Below are positions 11,101 to 21,135 of a stretch of 39,509 nucleotides of DNA, piece after piece. The position numbers and the translations under genes were made by a program. The stretch covers positions 1-39,509 of the forward strand of contig JAUCBJ010008946.1 of NCBI GenBank assembly GCA_032718475.1, read 5' to 3'. Every line of letters begins with the position of its first letter. Positions within the stretch are counted from its first letter, which is position 1. This DNA comes from Nemertoderma westbladi. Lineage: Eukaryota; Animalia; Xenacoelomorpha. The notes beneath the pieces are model-generated. The model was given only the letters and a program-made list of their open reading frames with translations. It made no database searches and was not told where the DNA came from.

Positions 11101-12302
11101 AGCCCGAACTACATGTCCAATTCAGTGATGTAAATGACACTGATCAAGAATCTGAGATGGAAGGATTCTATACGGACGAATTCTCCGACGCCAACGAATC
11201 CTGTTACCTAATCAATACCGCCGTGTATCGAGCACTTACTTACGAAAAGGACACCGACAATGAGTTCCCCCCAACTACCTTTGACAGACAACCATCTTGG
11301 AAAGCTCCAACTTCCAACGTAGGAATCAGAGAATTTCCTGTAGTGCAGGTAAGAGTTCACGGTCCTAACAAAAGTTACATAGTGAACGCCCTCCTTGACT
11401 CCGGCAGCACAGGAACATTCATCGATCAAGAACTAGCCGAAGATATCTTTGCTGGACAACCCAAATTCCGGACTAAATTGAATATGTCAGGAATTATGCA
11501 GGTTTGGAAATCTACCCTAACGGCAGATTACTATGTAGGTGTGTTGTCCACCCCCCAGGTTAAATTAGGAGCACAAGGTATAAGGTCGGTAAAAATGGTG
11601 GCTATAAAGAACTTCGCTACTACCCAAGCAGACCTTTATAATTGGGACGAGGATGAGAGCATCCAACATCTTAAGATACCTCGATTCCAGACAGATTATC
11701 CTGGAGTGCAAATACTCATCGGCCAAAACGCGCATGAGGCACTCGAGACATTGGAGAAACGGCCTGCTCAACCGCAGCCACTACAAACCTATGCGGTAAG
11801 AACTAGAGTAGGTTGGTACTTCACTGGCCCTTCCCGTAGAACTCTCAAAGAGAGATTACCTCAACAACAGGTATACCAAGTAAAGGAATGGGAAGTGGAG
11901 AGCAGTGATGTGGACGATCCAACTGAGGAAACACCATACCCCTCAGATAATGACGATATTAACTCCAATGTAGATCAATGGAGACATTGCCTTGGGACGA
12001 TTAATCCAGCCGACATCGCTTCCAGAGGAGCAACTCCTCAAGAACTGATAGATACTCCAGGCTGGTTAGGTGGATCCGACTTCTTAAGTAAAGAAGAAGA
12101 AGAATGGCCTCCTCATCTTACCCCGGTGAAGATTAGACAGGCCAAGGGAGCGGAGAAAGTAACACAACAACTCAATCGCCCAGCTAGTCGTTTATGTTTA
12201 CTGGAAAGAGACCGAAAACTGTCCGGAAACTATGGAAGGCAAGATACTCTTCCTACGACCACTTCCCTAATCCGACAAATATCTAGGGACTCCATAACGT
12301 AA
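8187..12302 (+). CDS. gag-pro: BEL/Pao Gag-protease polyprotein with internally deleted pol (1371 aa)
   Basis: DUF1759-like Gag (FNGDEMKWLPF...EKLRFLIKCLEG); three BEL-type Cys/His knuckles (CALCDGPH, CYNCLRSGHQRRTC, CAKCGAKHHILLH); aspartic protease ALLDSGS...ILIG...RTRVGWYFTGP. After that only the RNase H tail (QWRHCLGTINPADIASRG...W.GGSDFL...WP) and the Pol C-terminal motif (LNRPASRLCLLE) remain. No RT YxDD or integrase DDE core. Confidence 0.93.
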   Translation: MADTRQTLSDSLLETTACFSDQSVENPRPRSENPHTVRRATPAVVVSEPRLVEKISQFAKLVKRRWSAIGTRAQVKRDQEEAIKQQQPPSQEPSSQRPDSSSSSDTVERTPERGAKMADTVYDERPTYEESTDATSSQVESEVESEVESELTAAEKPRTRDAIDSYLSDYQRFIGDEELRRRLSGLRPNSEGTKLVLDAIDAEMLAANQAKFDEKLRLVRVQEEQVKKRRIEDRKAAAVAAAKAAAAVEEAKAAAALAEAEVERKAAKAVAEAERRASEETTQLELEYLQETQDNINKQLTASHMQMMRRSTPKRQGYTSSEEGETTDPEGRGNRSRLSRRRKTSHRHKLPDLPPAVRRQLASTDLGSTEPTEQIIQVKGLPTIVDEPEIIRPIVPKATSVLETPVLPELNSKFPLHSTTLPVPGRTVHENIPVLEAEREVKDLSPVVPRQPATMLATPASAVEWVEEGRRGMNLLLGQMQETVHQLKGTVREGRAELQEVQQSIALERDKLVNIQNGIPIPPVTLCQPVRSEVLHAQGVEPTRIYTASEVETPIANPIKGDYKPVVNDIPYRPDNNPRNLYTDNSILNNTMAQESFTRQMARTEARQAVKVGEIVKFNGDEMKWLPFNEYYKDSIQNSVLSNGEKLRFLIKCLEGPPKLMALKFIGHPEGLRQVWDTLNIRYGNKDNIAKYLYAKLVAPRHFLSSGIIEFSDEIQEICRQLDWLGKSHEYQSSMVIGAVVSTLPKGGVCTRWDKKVLYMNEQQRRSPTMADLMSFLDGEVKLQLIKQSREKTSENKVSEKPVSRRRIIPVCYTDDGESQASQEEDSRKDTAKSYYDNKTYKDVSKYKSRTSDRREQVTTTPPTSPKRIHGRKPEERTRVHNVTQGKVSNIKPKCALCDGPHRLSACAEFLKKSLVDRRTVLWNKRLCYNCLRSGHQRRTCYSDVKCAKCGAKHHILLHSEFERNNPSQVSEPELHVQFSDVNDTDQESEMEGFYTDEFSDANESCYLINTAVYRALTYEKDTDNEFPPTTFDRQPSWKAPTSNVGIREFPVVQVRVHGPNKSYIVNALLDSGSTGTFIDQELAEDIFAGQPKFRTKLNMSGIMQVWKSTLTADYYVGVLSTPQVKLGAQGIRSVKMVAIKNFATTQADLYNWDEDESIQHLKIPRFQTDYPGVQILIGQNAHEALETLEKRPAQPQPLQTYAVRTRVGWYFTGPSRRTLKERLPQQQVYQVKEWEVESSDVDDPTEETPYPSDNDDINSNVDQWRHCLGTINPADIASRGATPQELIDTPGWLGGSDFLSKEEEEWPPHLTPVKIRQAKGAEKVTQQLNRPASRLCLLERDRKLSGNYGRQDTLPTTTSLIRQISRDSIT

Positions 12303-12824
12303 TAACATATGGAGTGGGCGTGTGACTATATCATTTTATATTTGTTTTTATTTTATATTTATGTATGTATTATTATGTAATTTTATTATAATCGTTTTCT
12401 TTAATTTTATTTAGTAGAATGTTATTTTAGTGATTATTTAGTAGATTAGTGCAATATATTAGTGTTTATTACGTACGTAATTACTTATAATATATATTTA
12501 GTGCGACGGCGAGAAATAATTATTTTTCTCTTTCCTTACTGTCCGTATCCTATTATAAATACGTGACTACAGTAAGATGAAATGTCCGTACTTATTAAAG
12601 TACAATAAAGCTCCTACTATATTCAAGTATTATTGGTAGGCAGAGTATTAGGAATGCAAAGTTCAGATCCTCGTGTCTCGGCTAAACCAAGCTCTGGGTA
12701 GACCTTGGAAACGACTTGCCTCTTCACACTGACATTGCTTCGTGCGATATTGCTCTTCTACCTTATATTAAATAATACATATAGTAGCGTGATGTCCCTC
12801 TAACAGTAGCGTAAAACGCAAATA

Positions 12825-13123
12825 AATCTGTTAAACCTTTTGACCATCTGTAATTCTAGTCGATTAAGATATCGCGGCACCCACCGATATACTTGAAAGA
12901 CAAATTCTAGAATCAGTGGTTAATGTCCCCAGACAAGTTCTGGAATAAATCGGTGCCCATCTTAAATATTAATTTAATATTTATTAAAATCTGTAAAATT
13001 CAGATCCTTTAAAATTTCTAGTCAATTAAGATATCGTAGCACTTACCGATACTCTTAAAAGACAATTTTAGAGAATTAAGGATCCTAGGTCCCCAGACAT
13101 GCTCTGGAATAAAATTGTGTCAA
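12825..13123 (+). repeat. Diverged two-copy repeat (about 160-bp period) with conserved stem-loops in the retrotransposon 3' region
   Basis: Both copies keep TTCTAGTC..TAAGATATCG-loop-CGATA..CTT..AAAGAC and CCAGA-N5-TCTGG hairpins while loops and linkers differ. Confidence 0.75.
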
Positions 13124-13737
13124 TTTTACCATCAAATAATAAAATTCACGGGAATAAATTTAAATTCATATCTTAAATGAATTTCATAAATTGTCATTTG
13201 TGCAATTTATAACATTCCCAAAATTCCATTAATTAATAGATCATGGGAGCGGAGATTCATCCTATTGAGTGTATTAGAGTGCGAGAATCTCCAACATATA
13301 GTCAATAGCCGATAAAATTAATAAAATCATACATAAAGAGGATATTGACAATTAAAGAATTACTATTAAATAGCATTCCAGATCTGTATGCATTGGAATT
13401 ACCCTAATTCTACCGCTAGCTTTCCATAATGTCACCATAGCAACACCCACGCTAGAATTAGAAGCAAGTTAAAAGAACAATAGAAAGCTTGTCCCATTGC
13501 ATAGCGTAGAGAATACATAGCACACTGTTAGTATCCAAGGATACACAGTAATAACGTGACATTCTGGAAGGCACTGACTAACGGACAAATGGCCTGTATG
13601 TGTACAATTGGTGACAGTTATGTGGAATTTGTGCATTTATAGGTGAATGTTACTGCTAAAGTATGTTTACAGTAGCTAGTCGCAATTGTGAAAGTAACCC
13701 AACTCTCCTATAGAAAGAACCTAAAGTGGATTCAAGC

Positions 13738-13894
13738 CTTTGGGACGGACGGACAGTGGAGTGACTTGTGCCGGTTATCGTTGTCGTGCTGTTGCTACAT
13801 GTTGGCGTAAACACCGCGACGACGGTACATCGGCGCTGAGAATCCCACTGTCCGGGGGCAAAGAGAGGTAGGCAGCGACGTCCGCTCGCCTAAA
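13738..13894 (+). ncRNA. Long GU-rich RNA hairpin / structured cis-element
   Basis: CGGACAGTGG pairs with CCACTGTCCG; TATCGTTGTCGTG pairs with CGCGACGACGGTA using four G-U wobbles; inner TGTT/AACA and GCTA/TGGC stems. Possible outer helices CGGACG/CGTCCG and TTTGGG/CCTAAA. Confidence 0.6.
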
Positions 13895-13934
13895 CATAAA
13901 CTCATTTCGATATTAATAAACTCAGATAGCAGAT

Positions 13935-15383
13935 ATGACGGAGTTGATAGAAGATGATCTTGGTATCAGGGAGCGATATACTCTACCTTTACAAGCATTT
14001 GTGGATAGCTTGATACGCGGTGAAACCGATCCAACCATTACGGAGGACGATGGTCGTTATATCGAACCGCCGATGTCCCAAGAGCAACTTACGCGTGAAT
14101 TGGACTATCGAAAATTCACCGCTCGCTATACGCATCGTAATAGTACGTATATGGACTCCCTAACTACCGGCCATCCTATCGATTTACATGATACGGACGA
14201 TGTAGACACCGAAAGGGAAATGGTTCTATTTAAATATCATACCCAGCGGAGTCGTAACGATAAACCGAGAATAGATCACGAAAATTCTATTCGTAACAGA
14301 CTGGGAAGACGAACCAATATGCCTAGAATCTGAGGAGATTCAGCCTATCGCGCCCGGAACAGCGACAACGATTACATCCTAGAATGGTATCAAGGTCCAC
14401 AGTGTCTCACTGCGTACGATTATCGCCATGCCAACTATGTTTCTCGGCAACGTTGTCGGTTATGCGCATCGAGAGACCATGTTACGCCCATGGACACAAA
14501 CGTCCGCTGTTCCTATTTCCACGAACAACCGGCGATGGAAATTTATTGCGCGTATTGCAGACTCAATAACTTGCACATTTTTGTGGTTTGCCCTCAATTT
14601 ATGACTCAATGGCACCATGGTCAAGTAAAGGGACGCGCCAGTTTCGATTGCCCTTTTTAATCACGATTTGGAAAGCGTAGATGAAATGATCACACTACGT
14701 TACATCAGAGCTTGGGAAGCGAACGCTGATTTACATTGTGATTCGCGCCATCGTTATTATCCTGGACGCGCTTACGAAGGAGTTTATGCGTTCCATCCTT
14801 ATCTATTCGCTTCTGTCGAACAGAAATCACGCATATCGAGTTACGAACTACTGAAGTGCGTCGGAGAATGTATTTCAACCAAGTTCGTACGCAAATTCTC
14901 AGGAGTGTTAATCCTAGCGACCTTCATTCCTATAGCTTAATCAATTATATCCGTCAGGACCCGGACTATGGAGACTTCTTTGTTAACTCACACCCCGAGT
15001 TACAGGAAGTATATCGACGGCCTTATGAATACCGAGCCTGCGAACGCGAGTTGGAAAGAACCATTAAACCCCGGAGGTTTCTAACTGCCTATGGTCCACC
15101 CATGGCTCTCGTTCAGACCACTCGTAAAGGACCCGTAAGAGCGGCTGTCTTAAAACGAGCTCTCAAAGCCGTTAGACCCCTCTCCCCCGACGTTGATGTC
15201 AATCAACCCGGTACTTCGACTGGCGGATACACCGACCATAATCCTACACCCTCTGATGCAATCATATTGCACCCTTCACCCAGGAGTTATAGCCCTCCTT
15301 GTAAAGTGGCTCGCCCCAAAGAGAAAAAGACTCTGGCTAGCTTTAAAAAACTGCATAAACGCCGTCCGCGCAAGAAAGACTAA
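13935..15383 (+). pseudogene. Disrupted accessory ORF (about 480 codons) of the BEL/Pao element, with two zinc-knuckle-like motifs and a basic C-terminus
   Basis: ORF 13935-14333 continues in frame past TGA to 14660, encoding CRLCASRDH and CAYCRLNNLHIFVVC. Apparent frameshifts then link it to 14668-14940 and 14856-15383, which ends KKLHKRRPRKKD about 80 bp before the 3' LTR. Confidence 0.65.
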
Positions 15384-15452
15384 CTGTTTAGAGTATTTAC
15401 GTATATTAGAAACTGTGATTTTGTATATTTTATAGACTCAAATCCCATTTTC

Positions 15453-15461
15453 TGGGAGCGG
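15453..15461 (+). promoter_or_regulatory. Short polypurine tract (plus-strand primer site)
   Basis: TGGGAGCGG immediately 5' of the 3' LTR TGT. Short G-rich PPTs are usual for BEL/Pao. Confidence 0.55.
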
Positions 15462-16694
15462 TGTAAAAGCTTCTGTGGGATATAACTGGCCCTTTTGCTT
15501 CGCAATCCAGTTTCCCCCCAGGCGCTGGAATACTCTAAAAGGCTCTCTAACTATATATATGTTCCCCTCGCCCGCAAGGTACCGTTATAGGTGTTTTAAC
15601 GGACATAAAAGTCATTCTTCTATATACGTGCTTTGGAGGACATGGTAAGGCAAAAAACCCGCAATGCACCAAATACCCTTACACAGCTTAGCCTTGATGA
15701 TTCAGATTGCGACATCTAACAGCTGGTTGCTGACATGGAAACGGCCATTGGACACATAGTTCTTTGTTTAGCTTAAGCCAATCAGAGCGATTTTTTCTGT
15801 CGATGTGGAGATATTCGGCCGATGATACTAGGAGTGTTCAGTCTTACTGTTTTTGTGATACTGTTGTGTTCCTTCTATCTAGGCCAGGAACACCGGCTCT
15901 AGAGTCAATTCGTTTCAGACTTTAGAAGAAACATTAGTAGGCTTAAGATTATAGAGCGTATAACTGTTATCGGTCCAGTCAAACAGTGTTACCATCTTAA
16001 CCTACCGTCTTAATGCTATTTACTGTTGTGTTTTGGTTGAATATTATTATTTGGAGAACATTTATAAAGAACCCAAATTTCCCAATTTTCTTGATACACT
16101 ACAGGTTAGAGAGACGGGTTATATATAGCGATTGCGACTTATATTGTTGTGGTTTGTAGTGAATTTAATGCTATTTGATAAGCACTACATGAGTCCGTTG
16201 CTGCTCTCTTTATATATGATAAAATTCATTGACGGTCGGCAAATTAGTGAGCAGTATTGTGTGTTACCGGTAGTGTGCCTGATTGTGACTGATAACTAAG
16301 CATTTCCTAAAGAATGCGCCTCATACGTGAATCATAAGCCTTACCGACTTACCGTTGTGATTAGTATAAGTCATATCTCTGTTTACCTAGATAGAGCGCC
16401 ACGTCCTAAAGGAACTGTTAATATTTCCCGAAAGTGAATAATATTAGTCAGAAATTAATTATTAACGATCAATCGAATAATACAGTAAGCTTACACTGCA
16501 ATAATAATCTAAGCCCTCAGAATCCAGTCTCCCGGGTATATCCAGCGGGTGAATGGACGCGCACTAGGCTGGCTTCTGCTAATGTTGTGTTTATTGGTAT
16601 TAAATATTTGTCAACTTCTAAAGTCTGTTTATAAACCAAAAGACATATAAATTTTGGCAGGTTAAACTGCTAAAGGTCTTCAAAAGCGCGTACA
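15462..16694 (+). repeat. 3' LTR (1233 bp)
   Basis: Copy of 4780-6012, followed by TSD GCGAT. Confidence 0.97.
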
Positions 16695-16699
16695 GCGAT

Positions 16700-18268
16700 T
16701 TTGTTCTAGTGTCAAGCTTGGGGGAACCATAATGAGACACCTCCAATGTTATATAGTGTCTGGTTGGAGATGTGTGCATTGAACTTGACACAATAAACCC
16801 GGCGTAGCATTCTTGTGAATGTGCCATCCAGAGATTTGGTGTCCTCAGCAGTTAGAGCCCAGCATGGACTCCCATAGAGGAGTACTGGAACTACTGCTGC
16901 TCTAAATAACCGGACCTTAAGTTTCCGATTAATTCTCGGTGAGTTCCAAATCCTGGAAAGCCTATTCAAGGCTGCCCATGCCTTTCCCTTACCCATTCGA
17001 AGGTCCTCATCTGACTTCCGGATCCATGATCCCAGGTAACAGAAGTCATCCACATGCTCAAGCATACCATCTTTTGAGCTTATGCTCATCCGATCAGAGA
17101 CTTGCTGAGGACTTTCAAAGTTAACTGTCAAAATTTTGGTCTTTCTGGAGTTAATAAAAAGACCAACACTAGAAGCAGCATGTTCTAATGAGCTGAGGAG
17201 CCGTTAGGCTCCCTCTAGTGATTCTGAGAGTACTCCTAAGTAATCAGCAAGGTCTAGATCAGTTAGGTACTTGGCAGAATTTCCTCGACTTCTGGAGCCA
17301 GTGGGTGGAGTTATCATCACCCCATTATCATTATGATGATTTAAGGACATGCGTAGAACATAGTCAACAACAATTATGAACAAGAATGGTGCAAGTGTGT
17401 CTCCCTGGAGGACGCCCCATAACACTTCAAATGGTTCTGTGTCACCGTCAACAGTAGACACAAATGTTGTCGAACCATCGTATACTGATCTGATTGCTGC
17501 AATAATTTCATCAGGAATTCCATATAATGAAAGTATGCTGAACATACGTGAGCGAGAGACTGAATCAAAGGCCTTGAAGAAGTCAACAAAGATAACAGCC
17601 AGATGCCTGTCTTTCTTTTTTGATAACTCTTCAATTATCCTTCTAAGTGCCAAAATGGGCTCCATGGTCCCACGACCTTTACGGAACCCATTCTGATTTC
17701 CACGGAGCAGTCTGTCAATGGGATACCGGATGCGATTTAATAGAATTCTATTGTATAGCTTTGCAGCAATCAAGATCAATGAGATTCCCAGAAAAGAACC
17801 ATAGAGTGTTAGGTTGCCCTTCTTGGGAACTGGCACCAACTTATTTGTTTTCATTTCTTGTGGGACTCTTGTTGTACGGTACATGTCTACTATGATGGGA
17901 TAGATGAGCTTTAAACACTCAGGTATTTTAAAACCATTATTGGCTGTGTAGCTAATCTGCTTGGCCATGCCCTGTACCCCTGCTGGCAGGTGCAGGTCGC
18001 AGTGAAGTGCACTCAGAGAGAGTGGACATGAGAACACTCTACTCCTGACCAGCCATTAGTAGAATACCATCTGCCTGGCCAAGCCATATACCCCTGCAGC
18101 TAAGTATATGGGTCCTTAATCCAGGACGAAGGTCCTGTCGTTATCCCAGAACGATGGGGGTCCTAGTTACAGGGCCATAGTTGTCCCACTAAAAGGGTCA
18201 ATCTATACAGCCACAGGTGGGACAGATTGGATGCAGGCGAAGCTTACTCGCGGGGGAAGTTTGATGCG
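16700..18268 (-). mobile_element. RTE-clade LINE, RT-encoding portion (pseudogenised; endonuclease absent)
   Basis: ORFs 17204-18037 and 16712-17131 carry non-LTR RT motifs: VPVPKKG, KLYNRILLNRI, NQNGFRKGRGT, FVDFFKAFDSV, GVLQGDTLAPFLF, DLDLADY (degenerate YADD), FCYLGS, KVRLFRAAVVPVLLYG. Stop at 17204 and frameshift near 16735. Possible 8-bp TSD TAACCCAC at 4495-4502 and 18269-18276. Confidence 0.93.
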
Positions 18269-18804
18269 TAACCCACGTATTGTAGGATATTCAAAATGGA
18301 CCTGTAGCAGCACTCCGATAAAGGGTGCAAGTGCCAGAAACATTACTCGGAGTTTATAAATATGTTACAGATGGAAGTATCTATTGAACATTAAATGAAT
18401 TATTATACTCATTTACAAACATGATCTCAGATAAGCTGTAAAGAACCATGTCTTATTTGAATTATCGCTTACAACAAATGAGAAATTTGTACATATAAAT
18501 ACAGTAACTTATTTTTGGACATTTCATATTCAATTAAATTAATATATGTCAGGATACCTCATCATCCATGTTTCGGAAATTTATCACAATCTGTGTGTGA
18601 AAGTGGAACAAAAGATGGCGACATACAATGGTTATGTCGAACAATGGTGGAAGATGTATTGATGATAGTGCTATCTATTGTGGGGTATAGATCGTTGTGG
18701 TGTGCGAAATTACAGTTAATTAAGTGGGTTTTAAAATAAAGTTGTAAATGATAAAAAGGGAATTGGTTTTAAATCGAAGCAGGACCTTATCAGCAGGCCC
18801 GCCC

Positions 18805-19128
18805 CTGGAACTTTATCGCCCCTATAAATTGCATTTTTGTTGAGAACTTATCGCCCCCATGTTCTGAGTTTTTAGGAACTTATCGTCTCTGGGTCTTTAT
18901 CGCCCCTGAGTCTTTATCGCCCCCGAGTCTTTATATCCACTGGTCCTTTATAGCCCCTGTGGGGCGAGCCACGAAGTGAGTGAGCCTTAGCGTAGTGGTA
19001 CCATTAATCAACCTGTGGGGCGAGCCACGAAGTGAGTGAGCCTTAGCGTAGTGGTACCATCAATCAACCTGTGGGGCGAGCCACGAAGTGAGTGAGCCTT
19101 AGCGTAGTGGTACCATTAATCAACCTGT
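18805..19128. repeat. CTTTATCGCCCC short repeats followed by a 56-bp tandem repeat x3; probable start of a non-autonomous DNA/Helentron-like element
   Basis: About six variants of (ct)ttatcgcccc at 18805-18960, then cctgtggggcgagccacgaagtgagtgagccttagcgtagtggtaccattaatcaa three times (ggggcgag at 18961, 19017, 19073). Family assignment is inference only. Confidence 0.8.
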
Positions 19129-20169
19129 CGTTCTGTCGTGTTCAATTTTAAACGTTAATAACTCGGCCAATCTTTGATGAAATCTATCCAAACTTGGTAT
19201 ACATGTTGTTTGGCAAAAGTTTAGAAATTTTCCAAGTAGAATTTCCGTGTGGCCTTCGAGAAGCTAAGATAATAGCAGTTAATTAGTTAATTAAGTTGAT
19301 TACGGTGAAAACACCATTTTCAACCTGCCTTTTAAGGGAAATTAATTGTTTTACAGTATAAGATTTAAATAATTATACTTAAAAATTATACAGATGTAAT
19401 CCACATACGCCATTCTATTATAGTTTTTAATTAGTTCAAGTGATTTGCTTTAATAAATGTGTCTTTAATTGATCTAAACGTAATTAAACGGCACAATTAT
19501 TGAGTAAAAATTTAATCCTTCCCATTATTGGTCAAGTCTCTGCTGGTGTGGAGCTAGCTAGCTGGGAGTTGTGGCTGTAGACTAAACCAGAGAGGAATTG
19601 TAATAGGCAACCAGTATTGCTATTCCAGCCCAGACAGCATTCTTTAAATCCAACATCCCAACATCCTTCCTGTATTCCAATTCCTATTGACTCTACTATA
19701 AGTGTTGTATTATTATCACTATCACTGAATTGTGTTTATTATAGGCTGGACGGGCCGCATAACCGTTCGACTACTACTGTACTACTATTGCTATCTCAGG
19801 TAAATGACAGATATAATAACATAAATACAATCCATGGCATGGCTGTTGTAGGCTTCTGAAATAGTTTATTCCACAATGTATATGTCTGGTTATTTTTTAA
19901 TTGAATTTTTGCAAAGTAGTAAAATTAATGTTCTTAAAAATAATATTATTATTTTATATGACGAGATATGTAACCTAGGAAATTAGCTACATTTTTTTGC
20001 TGCAGCTTTAAGAGTGTACATTGATTTAATATTATTTCAATACCCATATTACTACATCGGCATAAGATGCGTTGGCGTGCTATCACACATCTCCACATAT
20101 CACACATCTCCACATAGATGTATCAACAGTTACTCGCACAGTTTCGAAACTTCGCATAGTTATAACTGT

Positions 20170-20464
20170 ATAAAGATCGTCAGTCTGCGTTTAGGAAAAA
20201 TATTTTATGACAAAACAGGACAAGCGACGAGCGCAACGAGGCATATAATGAAGACGAGTACTGCGTTGACTAAATTATTATATAAACCACCTGGCTTCAC
20301 ATATTGATCGCATCCCTAGTTATTATTATTATAAAGATCGTCCTAGCCTGCGTTTAAGAAATATATTTAAATACAAAACAGGACGAACGCAACGAGGCTT
20401 ATAATGAAAACGAGTACTGCGTTTATTATATTCCTATAAACCACCTGGCTTTGCATATTGAACG
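20170..20464. repeat. Diverged two-copy direct repeat (about 160-bp period)
   Basis: ataaagatcgtc...ctgcgttta...caaaacaggac...cgcaacgaggc...acgagtactgcgtt...tataaaccacctggctt..catattga at about 20170-20311 and 20331-20464. Confidence 0.85.
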
Positions 20465-20766
20465 TGCGATTGGTTCGTTATTATTATCATTATATTTATT
20501 TCTCCAATCAAACAATAAGAAATTGCAATACACTTTCATAATTAAATCAATACTTATAAATGATGACTGAAGCTGGCTGACTGCTAATAGCCTGGAGCTA
20601 GTGGACGCAATCAGCCAGGTGTTAAGCTAAGTATCAGACATGAAATATTATTTTACTACCTTGGGTATTTTTCACTTTCGATTCATCCCTTTTTTGATTA
20701 TTTGTTTTTTATACTGATATACACAGGAACATGCTTCAAGTTTCCTAAGTTCCAACGTCTAATATA

Positions 20767-21135
20767 TAGGGATGTGAGTTTTCCTAAAATATGTTTTTCA
20801 AGGAAATTTGCGGAAAAGTATATTTCATCCGTAGTTACGACCACAAGAGACAAGACAACGAACCACCTAAACACATTTAAGCAGGAATCATCTGTTTTCA
20901 GAATGTGCTAAATTAATAATTAATAAAATAGGAAATTTCCAGAAAATGTATAGGAAATTACGGATAATTATTAAGTAATTAAACATGACTAAGGATGATC
21001 CAACTCTATAGCAAATAGAGCGGAAAAAATGAATTCGCCACCAGCGGGGATTTACGGAAAATGTATAGGAAATTTCCGGAAAAATGTATATAACATTTCC
21101 GGAAATTTCCAAACATTTCCTGACTCACATCCCTA
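20767..21135. mobile_element. hAT-superfamily MITE (369 bp)
   Basis: 13-bp perfect TIR TAGGGATGTGAGT / ACTCACATCCCTA, perfect 8-bp TSD CTAATATA at 20759-20766 and 21136-21143, subterminal GGAAATTTCC repeats. Confidence 0.93.

Larger units (their letters stand above)
4780..16694 (+). mobile_element. BEL/Pao LTR retrotransposon, non-autonomous (gag-protease only), recently inserted
   Basis: TGT...ACA LTRs at both ends, 5-bp TSD GCGAT at 4775-4779 and 16695-16699, BEL/Pao-type Gag, zinc-knuckle and protease motifs. Confidence 0.95.

Noticed and set aside
8696-11771. Antisense ORFs overlapping gag
   Set aside because: Shadow frames of a long coding region with repetitive Ala/Glu codons.
14331-14333. 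Selenocysteine or programmed readthrough at the in-frame TGA
   Set aside because: No SECIS recognised downstream, and nearby frameshifts indicate ordinary decay (CGA>TGA is simpler).
18956-19128. CRISPR-like or tRNA-like 56-bp repeats
   Set aside because: Head-to-tail near-identical copies without spacers and no cloverleaf.
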